Assembly: GCF_006345805.1 (NCBI RefSeq)
Contig: NC_043020.1
Coordinates: forward strand, 7,254,001-7,318,000
Direction of reading: 5' to 3'
Origin: Octopus sinensis
Taxonomy: Eukaryota
Length of the DNA: 64,000 nucleotides
Position 1 is the first letter of the stretch. The number at the start of each line of letters is the position of its first letter. The notes beneath the pieces were generated by a model that was given only the letters and a program-made list of their open reading frames with translations, was not told the origin of the DNA and searched no databases. Positions 36,526-51,025 of the stretch are shown here, piece after piece. Both the position numbers and the translations under genes were made by a program.

Positions 36526-36651
36526 TATAATAAAATTAGAGAATGGAGTTGGCAATTTTAACATCTATGTATTAGTCTTGTTGGGTACCTATCTAGCAGT
36601 ATATTGGATATATATTATCCCATGGTGGGTTGAATTTTCAACCCCTATCTC

Positions 36652-36690
<39 letters not shown>

Positions 36691-36706
36691 TATATATACA
36701 CACACA

Positions 36707-36743
<37 letters not shown>

Positions 36744-36745
<2 letters not shown>

Positions 36746-37050
36746 GAGGCGCAATGGCCCAGTGGTTAGGGCAGCAGATTTGCAGTCGTAGGATCGCGGT
36801 TTCGATTCCCATTTCGGGCGTTGTGAGTGTTTATTGAGCGAAAACACCTAAAGTTCCATGAGGCTCCAGCAGGGGGTGGTGGCGACCCCTGCTGTACTCT
36901 TTCACCACAACTTTCTCTCACTCTTTCTTTTGTTGGCCTGCTCGCTTAGCCAGTGGGGTGGCGTCATTTGAAGGCTAAAACAATGTGAAATGCATTGTGA
37001 CCAGCGATGTGTAGCAACATCTGATAGCCTGGTTGATCACGGTAACGGTG
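36744..37050 (+). mobile_element. SINE family C (short-tail form)
   Basis: ggaggcgcaatggcccagtggttagggcagc...ggtttcgattccc head. Tail as in 2474-2755. Confidence 0.82.
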
Positions 37051-39505
37051 ACATATATATACTTATATATACACACACACATACATATATATAAACATGC
37101 ATATTTGTGTGTGTGTGTGTGTGTTTTTCTTTATCTGTCTTTTAATTGTTTCATGTTGGGGCAAGCGAAATCGAAATCGAAATCGAATTGAACCAGCCAG
37201 GATCCCTGGTCTGGTGGTACGTAAAAAGCACCATCCGACTCGTGGCTGATGCCAGCGCCGCCTCGACTGGCTTCCGTGCCGGTGGCATGTAAAATACACC
37301 AATCCAACCGTACGACAGGCACCCATGCCAACCCCCTTTGCTTGCAAAGACATGTTGGGGCAAGCGAAATCGAAATCGAATTGAACCAGCCAGGATCCCT
37401 GGTCTGGTGGTACGTAAAAAGCACTATCCGACTCGTGGCCGATGCCAACGCCGCCTCGACTGGCTTCCGTGCCGGTGGCACATAAAATACACCAATCCGA
37501 CCGTGGCCATTGCCAGCCTCGCCTGGCACCTGTGCAGGTGGCACGTAAAAAGCACCCACTACACTCACGGAGTGGTTGGCGTTAGGAAGGGCATCCATCT
37601 GTAGAAACATTGCCAGATAAGACTGGAGCCTGGTGCAGCCTTCTGGCTTCCCAGATCCCCGGTCGAACCGTCCAACCCATGCTGGCATGGAGAACAGACG
37701 TTAAACGATGATGATACTTTAAATGTAGGTTATCAAGATAACCAATGGTTTCATGTGAATAGCATATATACACATCCACACATACATACACACATCCACA
37801 CATATATCAATTGATGAATGACAAAAGATAGAGGTTAATTACCTCACTTCCTATTCATTTGGTATTCATTAATCGATCTTATGTTCTGTACTGATTTGAC
37901 CCTTTACTCTAAAGTATGAAAATAGAATCACTTTGTCTAATTGAAATCGTCGTCGTCGTCGTCGTCTTCGTCTTCTTCTTCTTCTTCTTCTTCTTCTTCT
38001 TCTTTTTCTTCTTCTTCTTTAACATCTGTGTTCCATGCTAGCATGGGTGTAACTATATATATATATAGATATATATGTATGTATGTATGCATGCATACAT
38101 ATACAAGCTTTTTATCTTTTACTTGTTTCAGTTATTTGACTGTGGCCATGCTGGAGCACCACCTTGAAGGGTTTTATTCGAACAGATCCACCCTAGGACT
38201 TGTTATTTGAAGTCCAGTACTTTTTCTATCGGTTACTTTTTTTGAACTGCTAAGTTGCAGGGTTGTCAATTGGTGGTGGGGAACAAAAACAGACACAGAT
38301 ATACACGCCCACATATACATACACACAATGGGCTTCTTTCAGTTTCCGTCTACCAAATCTACTCACAAGGCTTTGATTGGCCTGAGGCTATAGCAGAAGA
38401 CACTTGCCTAAGGTGTCACACAGTGGGACTGAACCCGGAACCATGTGGTTGAGAAGCAAGCTTATGTACATACAAATATATATCATCATCACCATCATCA
38501 TCATCGTTTAATGTCCATTTTCCATGCTAGCATGGGTTGGACGGTTCAACTGGGGTCTGGGAAGCCAGGAGGCTGCACCAGGGTCCAGTCTGATCTGGCA
38601 GTGTTTCTACGGCTGGATGCCCTTCCTAATGCCAACCACTCTGTGAGTGTAGTGGGTGCTTTTTACGTGCCACCAGGACAGGTGCCAGTGGAGGCTGGCA
38701 ACGGCCACGATCTGTTGGTGCTTTTTACAAGCCACCGGCACGGAAGCCAGTCAAGGCGGCGCTGGCATCGGAGGCGGCACACACACATATATATATATAT
38801 ATGTATATGTAGCGGGAAGGTTTACGAAAATAAACAAAAGACGAAGGCAGGTGGCGTACAAACAAACAAATGTATTAGTATGATGCTCAGGAATAGAAAT
38901 AGAAAAAGTCTTTTACGTTTTGAGCCTACGTTCTTCAACAGAAAGATATACAGAAAAGAAACACAGAGAGAAAAAAATGCGTGTAGGAGCTAATGATCTA
39001 TCATGGCGTTCATATATGTATATATGTATATGTATATGTATATATATGTATGTATGTATATGTATATATATGTATGTATGTATGTATATGTAGATGGCTA
39101 GATAGATAGACAGACAGACATATATAGATTGGCTTGGAAAAGAGTGATCCATGGCAGTAGTAAACCATTTGAAACATGGAAAATCGAATGCTCCATGTTG
39201 GAACGAACACTTAATAAAACAGGACTTGGCTTCAAACCCAGGCATTTTTGCTGCTTGACAATGTTTCTGATATCTTTTGTGGGCTGTTGTTTGTCCAAAG
39301 CCTGACTCGCTGGTTATATGAGATCTCATGATACCATTTACTGACTGAAGAGATAGCCTTCTTCTGTGAAGAGGTGGCAATCACGACGTATACAATGTGT
39401 GTGTGTGTTGTGTGTGTATATATAAACACACATATATATGTATATAGATACATGTACATACATATATATTATATATCAACACACACACACCACATATACA
39501 TATAC

Positions 39506-39556
<51 letters not shown>

Positions 39557-39634
39557 ATATATATATATATATGTATATACACATACATATATACATACAT
39601 ATATATATACATACCTATATATATATACATATAC

Positions 39635-39666
<32 letters not shown>

Positions 39667-40574
39667 GTATATACATACATGTATACATATATATCATCAT
39701 CATCGCTTAACGTCCGCTTTCCGTGCTAGCATGGGCTGGACGATTTTGACAATATATATATATATATATATATATAACAAAGTTGAGTTGTGGGGTATCG
39801 CACGAGTGGAATTATATACGAAAGAAGGTTTGAAAATGCAATTTAAAAGATGTTTATTTACTTAACCGGTTTCACTCTTTGGAAAAAGATTGTCAAAAGT
39901 AACATAGAATATTGTGAATTCAAAAAAGTTTTTTACATAATTGCCACATTGAATATTATGAATTCAAAAAAGTTTTTTTACATAATTATTGGTTGTTGCA
40001 AATTGTCACATTACATGTATATATACAGTCTTTGGTAAAAAGGACATAGTACAACAGTATGGTGAGAATATTTGAAAAATTGGCAGAAAAAACAGAAAAA
40101 ATTAAAATGAATATATTATACATCTCAGGGTCAGTACTGAATATTATGAATTCGAGGCGAGTTTGTTTACTGACCTGTTCGTTTTAGCAGAAATGTTGAA
40201 ATGAGAAAAAATGTACCCGTTTTTTTCTGTTTATAGCTTTCCTTCAAGCATCAATGATTTTGGACTTATCATGAGGTGAGTATGTGTGTGTGTGAATAGA
40301 TGTGTCTGTGTGCCTGTAGTATTTGGTCAGATGGCGTCTGTTTGTCAAGTGTGTGTGGTTGTCATGGTGTTGTGTGTGCGCGCATGCGTGCGTGTGTACG
40401 CATGCATGTGCACACACACGTATACAAGTGTCTGTGTGTGTGTGGGGGCTGTTTTTGAAGGGTTTCAGAGTGGCGAAAATAGATGTGTGTTGTTTAAAGA
40501 ATTTTTAAATTGCATTTTCAAACTTCTTTCGTATATATATATTATATATATATATTATATATATATATACATAT

Positions 40575-40640
<66 letters not shown>

Positions 40641-41413
40641 GTATATACATACATGTATACATATATATACGTATATACATACATGTATACATATATATAT
40701 ATGTGTGTGTGTGTGTGTGAACATATGAATAGGCCAGATTCAAGGCCATCAGTTTACAGGAGCTGCGTGTTGAATAATCTATAATTGTCAGGTGAAATAC
40801 AAAAAAAATTGAGACTTACTCTGTTAGCAAAAAAAAAAAAAAAAAAACATCCTAAACAGGTTTACAGATCAATAAGTAATAGATTTCTCATTTGATAGTC
40901 GACCTAAATTTTCTAAGCTGTGTCACTAGAATTTTCAGCCTACCAAATTCTCAAAGAATTCAATACCAAAGAGGAAGGCAGAAACTAGGCTACAGATATA
41001 GGTTCAGGTGTATGTGTTTGGTTAGGAAATTTGCTTCCCAAATGTATAGTGTTGGGTTTGGTCCCCCTGTGTGACATCTTGTTCAAGAGTGGCTTCTTTC
41101 AACAACCTAGGGCCAACCAAAGCCTTCTAAATGGATTTAGAAGATGGAAACTGAAAGAAGCCTATCATATATAATATATATATATATTATATATATATAT
41201 ATATATTATATATATATGACAGATCACCTTATTTCATTCCATAACAGCTACCTCTGATGAGTGCAGGGTTACATAATCAAGCTGCTACTAACACTCTGTT
41301 GAAACCCTAGTGCAAAACTGATTGGTAAAAAGCAGTCAAAATGGATGTATAATGCTGTACACATCAATTATATATAAACACACACATATACATATATATA
41401 TACACACACATAC

Positions 41414-41445
<32 letters not shown>

Positions 41446-42795
41446 GGAGAGAGAGAGAGAGAGGTTAATGGTGTCAATAAGACCCAAAGGTGTGAGGTAA
41501 TGCTGAGTAAGTGCTATGTATAGACCATAGTTAAGCTCCAAGTTTGGTGATTTGCTTAACCATTTTCTCACACCGTCTCCGATAAAGGGATATAATAAAT
41601 ATCCTGGAAACAGCTGTAAGACCTTCTATTTATAAATGTTCTAAAATCTTCTCAGCCTTGGTTAGTTATCTCATTCTGAAAAGAAATTTTATATATATAT
41701 GCGCCGCCCTGACTGGCCTCTGTGCCAGTGGCACGTAAAAAGCACCATCTGATTGTGGCCATTGCCAGCCTCATCTGGACCCCGTGCCGGTGGCACATAA
41801 AAAGCACCATCTGATCATGGCCATTTGCCAGCCTCGTCTGGCACCTGTGCTGGTGGCACGTAAAAAGCACCCACTACACTCACGGAGTGGTTGGCGTTAG
41901 GAAGGGCATCCAGCTGTAGAAACACTGCCAGATCAGACTGGAGCCTGGTGCAGCCTTCTGGCTTCCCAGACCCCAGTTGAACCGTCCAACCCATGCTAGC
42001 ATGGAAAACGGACGTTAAACGATGATGATGATATATAAAGGTCGCAAGCTGGCAGGATATTTCAGCCCCCCCTGCAAAGATGGACGAATGCCAGCTTGTC
42101 ACCTTATAACCATCCGAATATTGGAAGAGTTACCTGCATCATGCTGATTTGCACCACATATCAAAATGCCAACACCTTGACTGTCATTTGATTCTCTGTG
42201 AACTCTGTAAATGCTATAAGATGCAACATGGACAGCTGCAACTGAGACTATGAAGCCGTGGGCACATAAAGAGGCAAAGCAGGCATCCTGACTGCATTTA
42301 TATACCTCACATCCTGAAGCTAAAAGTAGATCGCAACATTATTTGCTTCCGCACTAAGGTGACGAGCTGGCAGAAACATTAGCACACCGGATGAAATGCT
42401 TAGCGGTATTTCATCTGCCGCTACGTTCTGAGTTCAAATTCCGTCAAGGTCGACTTTGCCCTTCATCCTTTTGGGGTCGATAAATTAAGTACCAGTTGCA
42501 TACTGGGGTCGATCTAATCGACTGGACCCCATCTTCCTCCCAAAATTTCAGGCCTTGTGCCTAGAGTAGAAAAGAAAATTTGTATTTGTAGACGCAGGAG
42601 TGGCTGTGTGGTAAGTAGCTTGCTAACCAACCGCATGGTTCCGGGTTCAGTCCCACTGCGTGGCATCTTGGGCAAGTGTCTTCTGCTATAGCCCCGGGCC
42701 GACAAATGCCTGGTGAGTGGATTTGGTAGACGGAAACTGAAAGAAGCCTGTCGTATATATATATATATATAATATATATATATATATATTATATA

Positions 42796-42842
<47 letters not shown>

Positions 42843-43960
42843 GTGTGTGTGTGTGTGTGTTTGTGTGTCTGTGTTTGGTCCCCTAGCATTGCTTGACAAC
42901 TGATGCTGGTGTGTTTACGTCCCTGTCACTTAGCGGTTCGGCAAAAGAGACCGATAGAATAAATACTGGGCTTACAAAGAATAAGTTCCGGGGTCGATTT
43001 GCTCGACTAAAGGTGGTGCTCCAGCATGGCCGCAATCAAATGACTGAAACAAGTAAAAGAGTAAAGAGTAAGAGTATTACATATTAAGGTGGCAAGCTAG
43101 CAAAAACGTTAGCATGCTGGGCAAAATGCTTAGCGGTATTTCGTCTGTCTTTACATTCTGAGTTCAAGTTTTGCCAAGGTCAACTTTGCCTTTCATTCTG
43201 TCAGGGTTGATAAATTAAATACCATTTGCACACTGGGATTAATCTACTTGACTGGGCCCCTCCCCAAAAATTTCGGGCCTTCTACCTAGAGTAGAAAAGT
43301 ATCAACTGAGCCCCACTCCCCTCAAAATTATTTGCTCCATGTCTAAATTACAAACGATTACAATTAAGAAGCTGATTTGCTTTATCTGACCCAGCAACTG
43401 GGTTAAATTAGCAATTATATTTATGCAGTAATCTAGGGCAGCATTTGTTTCAACTGCATGGTGTGTCATCATAAAAGTAGCAATTATACTTGCTGTTTTA
43501 TTCCTTAACAAAAGACAAACAGCTAAACCTGGTTATAAATAAAATGTCTTGTGTTAAAAGTTATTTTATTACATGTCAGAAATAAAATTTACGGATTGGA
43601 CCCAAATACAAGCCTTTCAGAAACAAGCAAAACACACACACACACACACTCTCGACTTCACTTTAGTGTTTATTATTTGGTGTCCAAAAGACAGTGAGCT
43701 AGTAGAAGAAGCATTCCGGTACTGGAGAAAATGCTCAGCGGCATTTCTTCTGAGTTCAAATGTCACCAGGGTCGACTTTGCTTTTCATTCTTTCAGAATC
43801 AATAAAATAAGTATGGGTCGGACACTAGATTATTTACATTATTTACATTTGACGGATATTTGTCCTCATCTATGTTGTAACACAATGTTTCAGCTGAGAT
43901 GCCCTCCAGCCTTCATCAGGTGTCTTGGGGAAATTTCGAACCTGGGTTCTCATTCCTAAG

Positions 43961-44163
<203 letters not shown>

Positions 44164-45643
44164 TCACTGCCTGGAATTGAACTTGGAATCATCATCGTTT
44201 AACGTCCGCTTTCCATGCTAGCAGGGGTTGGACGATTTGACTGAGGACTGGCGAACCAGATGGCTGCACCAGGCTCCAATCTTGATCTGGCAGAGTTTCT
44301 ACAGCTGGATGCCCGTCCTAATGCCAACCACTCCTAGAGTGTAGTGGGTGCTTTTACATGCCACTGACTCAGGGGCCAATCAGGCGGCACTGGCAACGAC
44401 CTCGCTCGAATCTTTTTACACATGCCACTGGCACAGGTTCCAGTAAGGCAATGCTGGTAATAATCACGCTCGAATGGTGCCATTTTACATGTCACCACCA
44501 CGGAAGCCAGTTAGCCGCTCTGGCAAAAATCACGCACAGATGGTGCTCTTAGCACCCTTCTAGCACGGGGCACAAGTGCCAGTAAGGCGACGCTGGTATC
44601 GATCACACTCGAATGGTGCCTTTTATGTGCCACTGGCACGGAAGCTGGTTAGCCGCTCTGTCAACTATCACACTCATATGGTGAGGTTTCTTTCAGTTTC
44701 CATCTACCAAATTCACTCATCCGAGGCTATAGTAGAAGACACTTGCCCAAGGTTTCATGCAGTGGGACTGAACCTGGAACCATATGGTTGGGAAGCAGGC
44801 TTCTTACCACACAGCCATGCCTGCTCATACACATGCACACACACACACACACACAAATGTACACATACACTACATAAAAGAGTGAGCCTCCAAGAGTGCC
44901 ACTACACATTCACTCAACATGCTAAAAGTAGCACCTGCCAAATTTCCATCAGTCAAAATGAAATAAAAAAAAAAGGTGGGAGTGGCTGTGTGGTAAGTAG
45001 CTTCCTTATGAACCACATGGTTCTGGGTTCAGTCCCACTGCATGGCACCTTGGGCAAGTGTCTTCTACTATAGCCTTGTAAGTGGATTTGGTAGACAGAA
45101 ACTGAAAGTAGCTCGTCGTATATATGTGTGTGTATATATATATGTGTGTGTATGTATGTGTGCGTATATATGTTTGTGTGTCTGTATTTGTCCCCCCAAC
45201 ATCGCTTGACATCCGATGCTGGTGTATTTACGTCCCCATAACTTAGCGGTTCGGCAAAAGAGACCGATAGAATAAGTACGAGGCTTACAAAGAATAAGTC
45301 CTGGGGTCGATTTGCTCGACTAAAGGCGGTGCTCCAGCATGGCCACAGTCAAATGACTGAAACAAGTAAAGGAGAGAGTGGGGGGACAAGGCGCACATTA
45401 GATGTGGCCTTGCACATACACATAAGAAGATGATCATAATCTTGAGGGTCCAAAAATAAGGGGAATCAAGTAATATGCTTTCTGAACTAAGCCATGTAAA
45501 AGTTAAAAAGTGGGTGGCTGGAGAATTGAGCAGACTGCGTAATCCTTCATGGGTTTAATATTAGAGTTTTAATCTAGAGATGTGACTCTTGCATAAAATG
45601 GCTCATGATGTCACAATGTTTAACATGTACACAAGAACCGATA

Positions 45644-46028
45644 TGGAAGCACTCCGTCGGTTACGATGACGAGGGTTCCGGTTGATCCGATCAACGGAAC
45701 AGCCTGCTCGTGAAATTAACGTGTAAGTGGCTGAGCACTCCACAGACACGTGTACCCTTAATGTAGTTCTCGGGGATATTCAGCGTGACACAGAGAGTGA
45801 CAAGGCCGGCCCTTTCAAATACAGGTACAACAGAAACAGGAAGTAAGAGTGAGAGAAAGTTGTGGTGAAAGAGTACAGCAGGGATCACCACCATCCCCTG
45901 CCGGAGCCTCGTGGAGCTTTAGGTGTTTTTGCTCAATAAACACTCACAACGCCCGGTCTGGGAATCGAAACCGCGATCCTACGACCGCGAGTCCGCTGCC
46001 CTAACCACTGGGCCATTGCGCCTCCACT
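45644..46028 (-). mobile_element. SINE family C (long-tail form), young copy
   Basis: 12-bp TSD caagaaccgata at 45632-45643 and 46029-46040. Nearly identical to 30935-31326. Confidence 0.88.
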
Positions 46029-48005
46029 CAAGAACCGATAATGGTTTGAATGAATAGTGGAATAGAGACAGGTTTCCATGTTGGGGGCGGTGGGTTAAAT
46101 ATCACGCTTAACTAAATGTCAGATATGATTATATCTGCCACAAAACTGCGAAACAATAAAACTATTTAGAATATGACCCACTGAACTACCAAACTTAGCA
46201 GACACTCACACACATACACGCATATTTTGTTACTGAGCTGTGATCTTGACCTAATTAATCCATTTTTTCTTAAATGCACAGAAAGTACTCGTAACCTGCA
46301 TGGAAATGGAATACTAAGAGAAAAATAAAAAATGATCAAAAATAATAAAATAAAATAAGACAGGCACAGAAGTGGCTGTCTGGTAAGTAGCTTGTTTACC
46401 AACCACACGGTTCCGGGTTCAGTCCCACTGCGTGGCACCTTGGGCAAGTGTCTTCTACTATAGCCTCGGGCCAACCAAAGCCTTGTGAGTGGATTTGGTA
46501 GACAGAAACTGAAAGAAGCCTGTCCTATATATGTATATATATATATGTGTGTGTGTGTTTGTGTGTCTGTGTTTGTCCCCCCTAGCATTGCTTGACAACT
46601 GATGCTGGTGTGTTTATGTCCCCGTTACTTAGCGGTTCGGCAAAAAGAAATCGATAGAATAAGTACTGGGCTTACAAAAGAATAAGTCCCGGGGTCGAGT
46701 TGCTCGATTAAAGGCGGTGCTCCAGCATGGCCGCAGTCAAATGACTGAAACAAGTAAAAGAGTAAACATCTGGGAGTCCATATAGGAAAGTCACACGTGG
46801 GAATCCAGCGGCGGGGGTGGGGGTTGCTTTTGATGGGACCCTATGTAGGAAGTGCTTGAGGATGCTAAAACCCCCACCCATGGCCCTTTGAGGGGTAGTA
46901 CGTGGATAGATGTATAGATCTTTTATCTCTTCTACTTGTTTCAGTCATTAGACTGTGGCCATACTGGAGCACCATTTTAAAGAATTGTTGGTTGAATGGG
47001 TTTTGTTTTATTTGTTTTTTAAATGCCTGGTACTTATTCTGTTGGTTCCCTGTTGCCAAACTGGGACTTAAACAGGGACTTAAACACACCAACACCAGTT
47101 GTCAAATGATGGTGGTGGTGGTGGGGACAAAGACAGAACAACACACATACACACATATATATATATTCATTTATTCTTTTATTTGTTTCCATCATTTTAA
47201 CTGTGGCCATGCTGGAGCACCACCTTAAGGGGAGGTTTTAGTCAAACAAATCAACCCCAGGACTTATTTTTTCTAAGCCTGGCACTTACTCTATCAGTCT
47301 CTTTTGCTGAACTGCTAAGTTATGGGGATGTAAACACACCAACATTGGTTATCAATCAACGGTGGTGGTGGTGGAGGGGGGGCAAACACAAATGTATATA
47401 CATATGTGATGGGCTTCCTCTAGTTTCCATCTACCAAATCCACTCACAAGGCTTTTATATTCTCTTATACATACTGTACTTATTGTACCATATTACTCCT
47501 TCATGTACGCTGTTTTGTTCTATATTATTATGTTTGACCTTAATGTTCATATGTAGTGGTTTAATAAATTATGTGATTGGGTATTATCTGGTAGTTGATA
47601 ATTGATTTAGATGTATTTCTCCATTTTCTTATTTTGTATTATGAATTTGTGGTAAATCATTTTACCTTTGCCCATATAATACAGTAAATGAATTGATTGC
47701 ATCGCAATCATTAACATTTATGTATTAACTTTGTTGGGTACTTCACTAGCAGTATATTGGATATATGTTATCCCATGGAGGGTTGCATCATTTACAACCC
47801 CTATCTTAATTTGTATATATATATATATATGTTTCTCTCCTTGTTTTTTCTGTGTCCCTTTCTGTAGAAGAGCGTAGGCTCGAAACGTAAAAGACTTTTT
47901 CTATTCCTGAGCATTATACTAATACATCTGTTTGTTTTGTACACCACCTGTCTTCGTCTTTTGTTTTTTTTCGTAAACTCTCCCATCATATATATATGTG
48001 TGTGG

Positions 48006-48050
<45 letters not shown>

Positions 48051-48152
48051 GTATGTATGTATATATATGTATATATGATGGGTAATATGAATTCCTTTGT
48101 ACTACACCTTTAGAAAAGAAGGAAACATTGTACTATTCTCTTCTAGATGCAT

Positions 48153-48462
48153 TATAATAATAATAATAAACATTGTGTACAGTGCTCAGGTGCACTACAA
48201 CTCATTGAATGTGTATATATAATCAGGTGTAGTTTCGACGGATTTCGGAAAGCATGAGGGCCTTAAAGGATGCAGTGTCATGGCAGTCAACAACTGACGC
48301 GGGTAGTTTATTCCATGCTTCAGCAACTCTGAGTGTGAAGAAATGTTTCCGAAAGTCATGGGAGCTGTACTGTTTTCTGACTTTGTAGGCATGTCCACGT
48401 GTGTTAGACACATGGAGATCAAAAAGGTGTTCAGTGTTGTTATTGGTGAGGTGGTTGACAAC
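48153..48462 (-). mobile_element. 5'-truncated CR1/L2-group LINE 3' end
   Basis: NTRGHAYKVRKQYSSHDFRKHFFTLRVAEAWNKLP is the typical CR1-group ORF2 C-terminus. (TTA)n tail. Confidence 0.85.
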
Positions 48463-50992
48463 TGTTGAGATTAAAGACAGGATGGTCACAACTGGAGCAC
48501 ATTTGATCACAGAATTGCTGGATATGGCTGATCCAGAACTAAACAACAACACTAACAACAAAAGAGAGATAGAAATGCTACAAGGTTTCTGGCGCTTCAA
48601 ATATTTGAGACAAAAAAAAAAAAAGAATAAAGAATAAAAAAAAGGAATCCAGACAAAGAAAGCAGCCTAAACTGTTTTTAGAAGTTCATCTGCCCTGAGC
48701 AAAAATATTTGTGAGAAAGCTCTACCCTGTTACCAAATATTAGATAGCTTACACAACACATTCAACAACAGGTCAAACTGCCATAAAAAAAAAAATACTT
48801 TGTCTTACCTCAAATAATGGTGTTAAGGAAAATAAAAAAAAAATCTGAGTTTATTGTTTAATCCTTTGTCGTTCATAATATTCTGTCAAATATTATGCTT
48901 ATTTCTTTTTTTCTTTTTTCTTTTTACTTGTTTCAGTCATTTTGACTGCGGCCATGCTGGAGCACTGCCTTTAATCGAGAAACTCAACCCCGGGACTTAT
49001 TCTTTTGTAAGCCCAATACTTATTCTATCGGTCTCTTTTGCCGAACCGCTAAGTGACGGGGACATAAACACACGAACATTGGTTGTCAAGCAATGCTAGG
49101 GGGACAAACACAAGCACACAAACATACATATATATACATATACACAACGGGCTTCTTTCAGTTTCCGTCTACCAAATCCACTCACAAGGCTTTGGTCGGC
49201 CCGAGGCTATAGTAGAAGACACTTGCCCAAGGTGCCACGCAGTGGGATAGAACCCGGAACCATGTGGTTGGCAAACAAGCTACTTACCACACAGCCACTC
49301 CTGCGCCTATGTATGTGGTCATGTTTTGAATTAATCACGCAGTATGTGGTAGCTTCGAGATTTTGATGGTGCAATGTTTTCATCATCATCAACATCATCA
49401 TCATCATGATCGTGTAATGTTTGTTTCCATGCTGACATGGGTTGGATGGTTTGACAGGAGCGGGCAAGCCAGAGGGCTGTACCAGGCTCCTGTCGTCTGT
49501 TTTTGGCATGGTTTCTACTGTTGGATGCCCTTCCTAATGCCAACCACTTTACAAAGTGTACTGTATGTTTTCAAATAGTACCAGCATGGGTGCTTCTTAT
49601 CTGGTACCAGCACCCACAAGCCTGCAAGATTAGACCTCCTGAGCTGATGTATTCACCCCACTGGATGGGACACAGGTCCATCGCAACAATGTGAAATGAA
49701 GTGTTTTGCTCAAGAACACAATATACTGCCTGGTTCAGGAATTGAAATCACAGTCTTACAATCATGAGTCCAACACCCTAAGCCACTAAGTCACACACCT
49801 CTACAGGTGGAATGTTTGGCCAGATATGACTGGTTTAAATGCTAAAGGGTCAATGAAAGGCAGGTAATAGGCCTCACTAATATTTTCCTCCTCTTTTCCT
49901 TCTTACCTGGTGAATAAAGATAATAAGCAGGCCTTAGAAGTGCTTGTTACTAATTGAAAATTATTATCTGAGCCATCGTTTAGCTGTCGTTTGTGTTTAA
50001 TTAACTCATTCCATTCTATTTTCTGCTGGTTTGACTTCCCATCGGTGGGAAGTAGCAGCAAGGAAACAAATATTTTCACCAAGTGAAGGCGCAGGAGTGG
50101 CTGTGTGGTAAGTAGCTTGCTAACCAACCGCATGGTTCCGGGTTCAGTCCCACTGCGTGGCATCTTGGGCAAGTGTCTTCTGCTATAGCCCCGGGCCGAC
50201 CAATGCCTTGTGAGTGGATTTGGTAGATAGAAACTGAAAGAAGCCTGTCGTATATATGTATATATATATATGCGTGTGTGTGTTTGTGTGTCTGTGTTTG
50301 TGCTCCCCACCACCACATCACTTGATAACCGATGTTGGTATGTTTACGTCCCCTTAGCCTAGCAGTTTGGCTTAAGACACCAATAGAATAAGTACTAGGC
50401 TTAATAAAAGAATATATAGGAGTGGCTGTGTGGTAAGTAGCTTGCTAACCAACCACATGGTTCCGGGTTCAGTCCCACTGCATAGCATCTTGGGCAAGTG
50501 TCTTCTGCTATAGCCCCGGGCCGACCAATGCCTTGTGAGTGGATTTGGTAGACGGAAACTGAAAGAAGCCTGTCGTATATATGTATATGTATGTATGTGT
50601 GTGTCTGTGTTTGTCCCACTAGCATCGCTTGTGTTTATGTCCCCGTTACTTAGTGGTTCGGCAAAAGAGACTGACAGAATAAGTACTGGGCTTACAAAAG
50701 AATAAGTCCCGGGGTCGAGTTGCTTGATTAAAGGCGGTGCTCCAGCATGGCCGCAGTCAAATGACTGAAACAAGTAAAGGAGTAAGTGAAGATAGTACAA
50801 AGTACACAAACACACAGCAGAGTCCAATCTATTGCAAACATTCAGACCAAGTCAGTGGTTTGAGGATCTCTTCCCCTTCCCCTCTTGCACCCACCAGTCT
50901 AAGGGGCCTGGTAAAGGGTCATGGGCACTACCTTCCCTCCTGGTTATATGAGAAACATACACTCACAGATTCTCACTCAGTTGTTACTTGCG

Positions 50993-51025
<33 letters not shown>

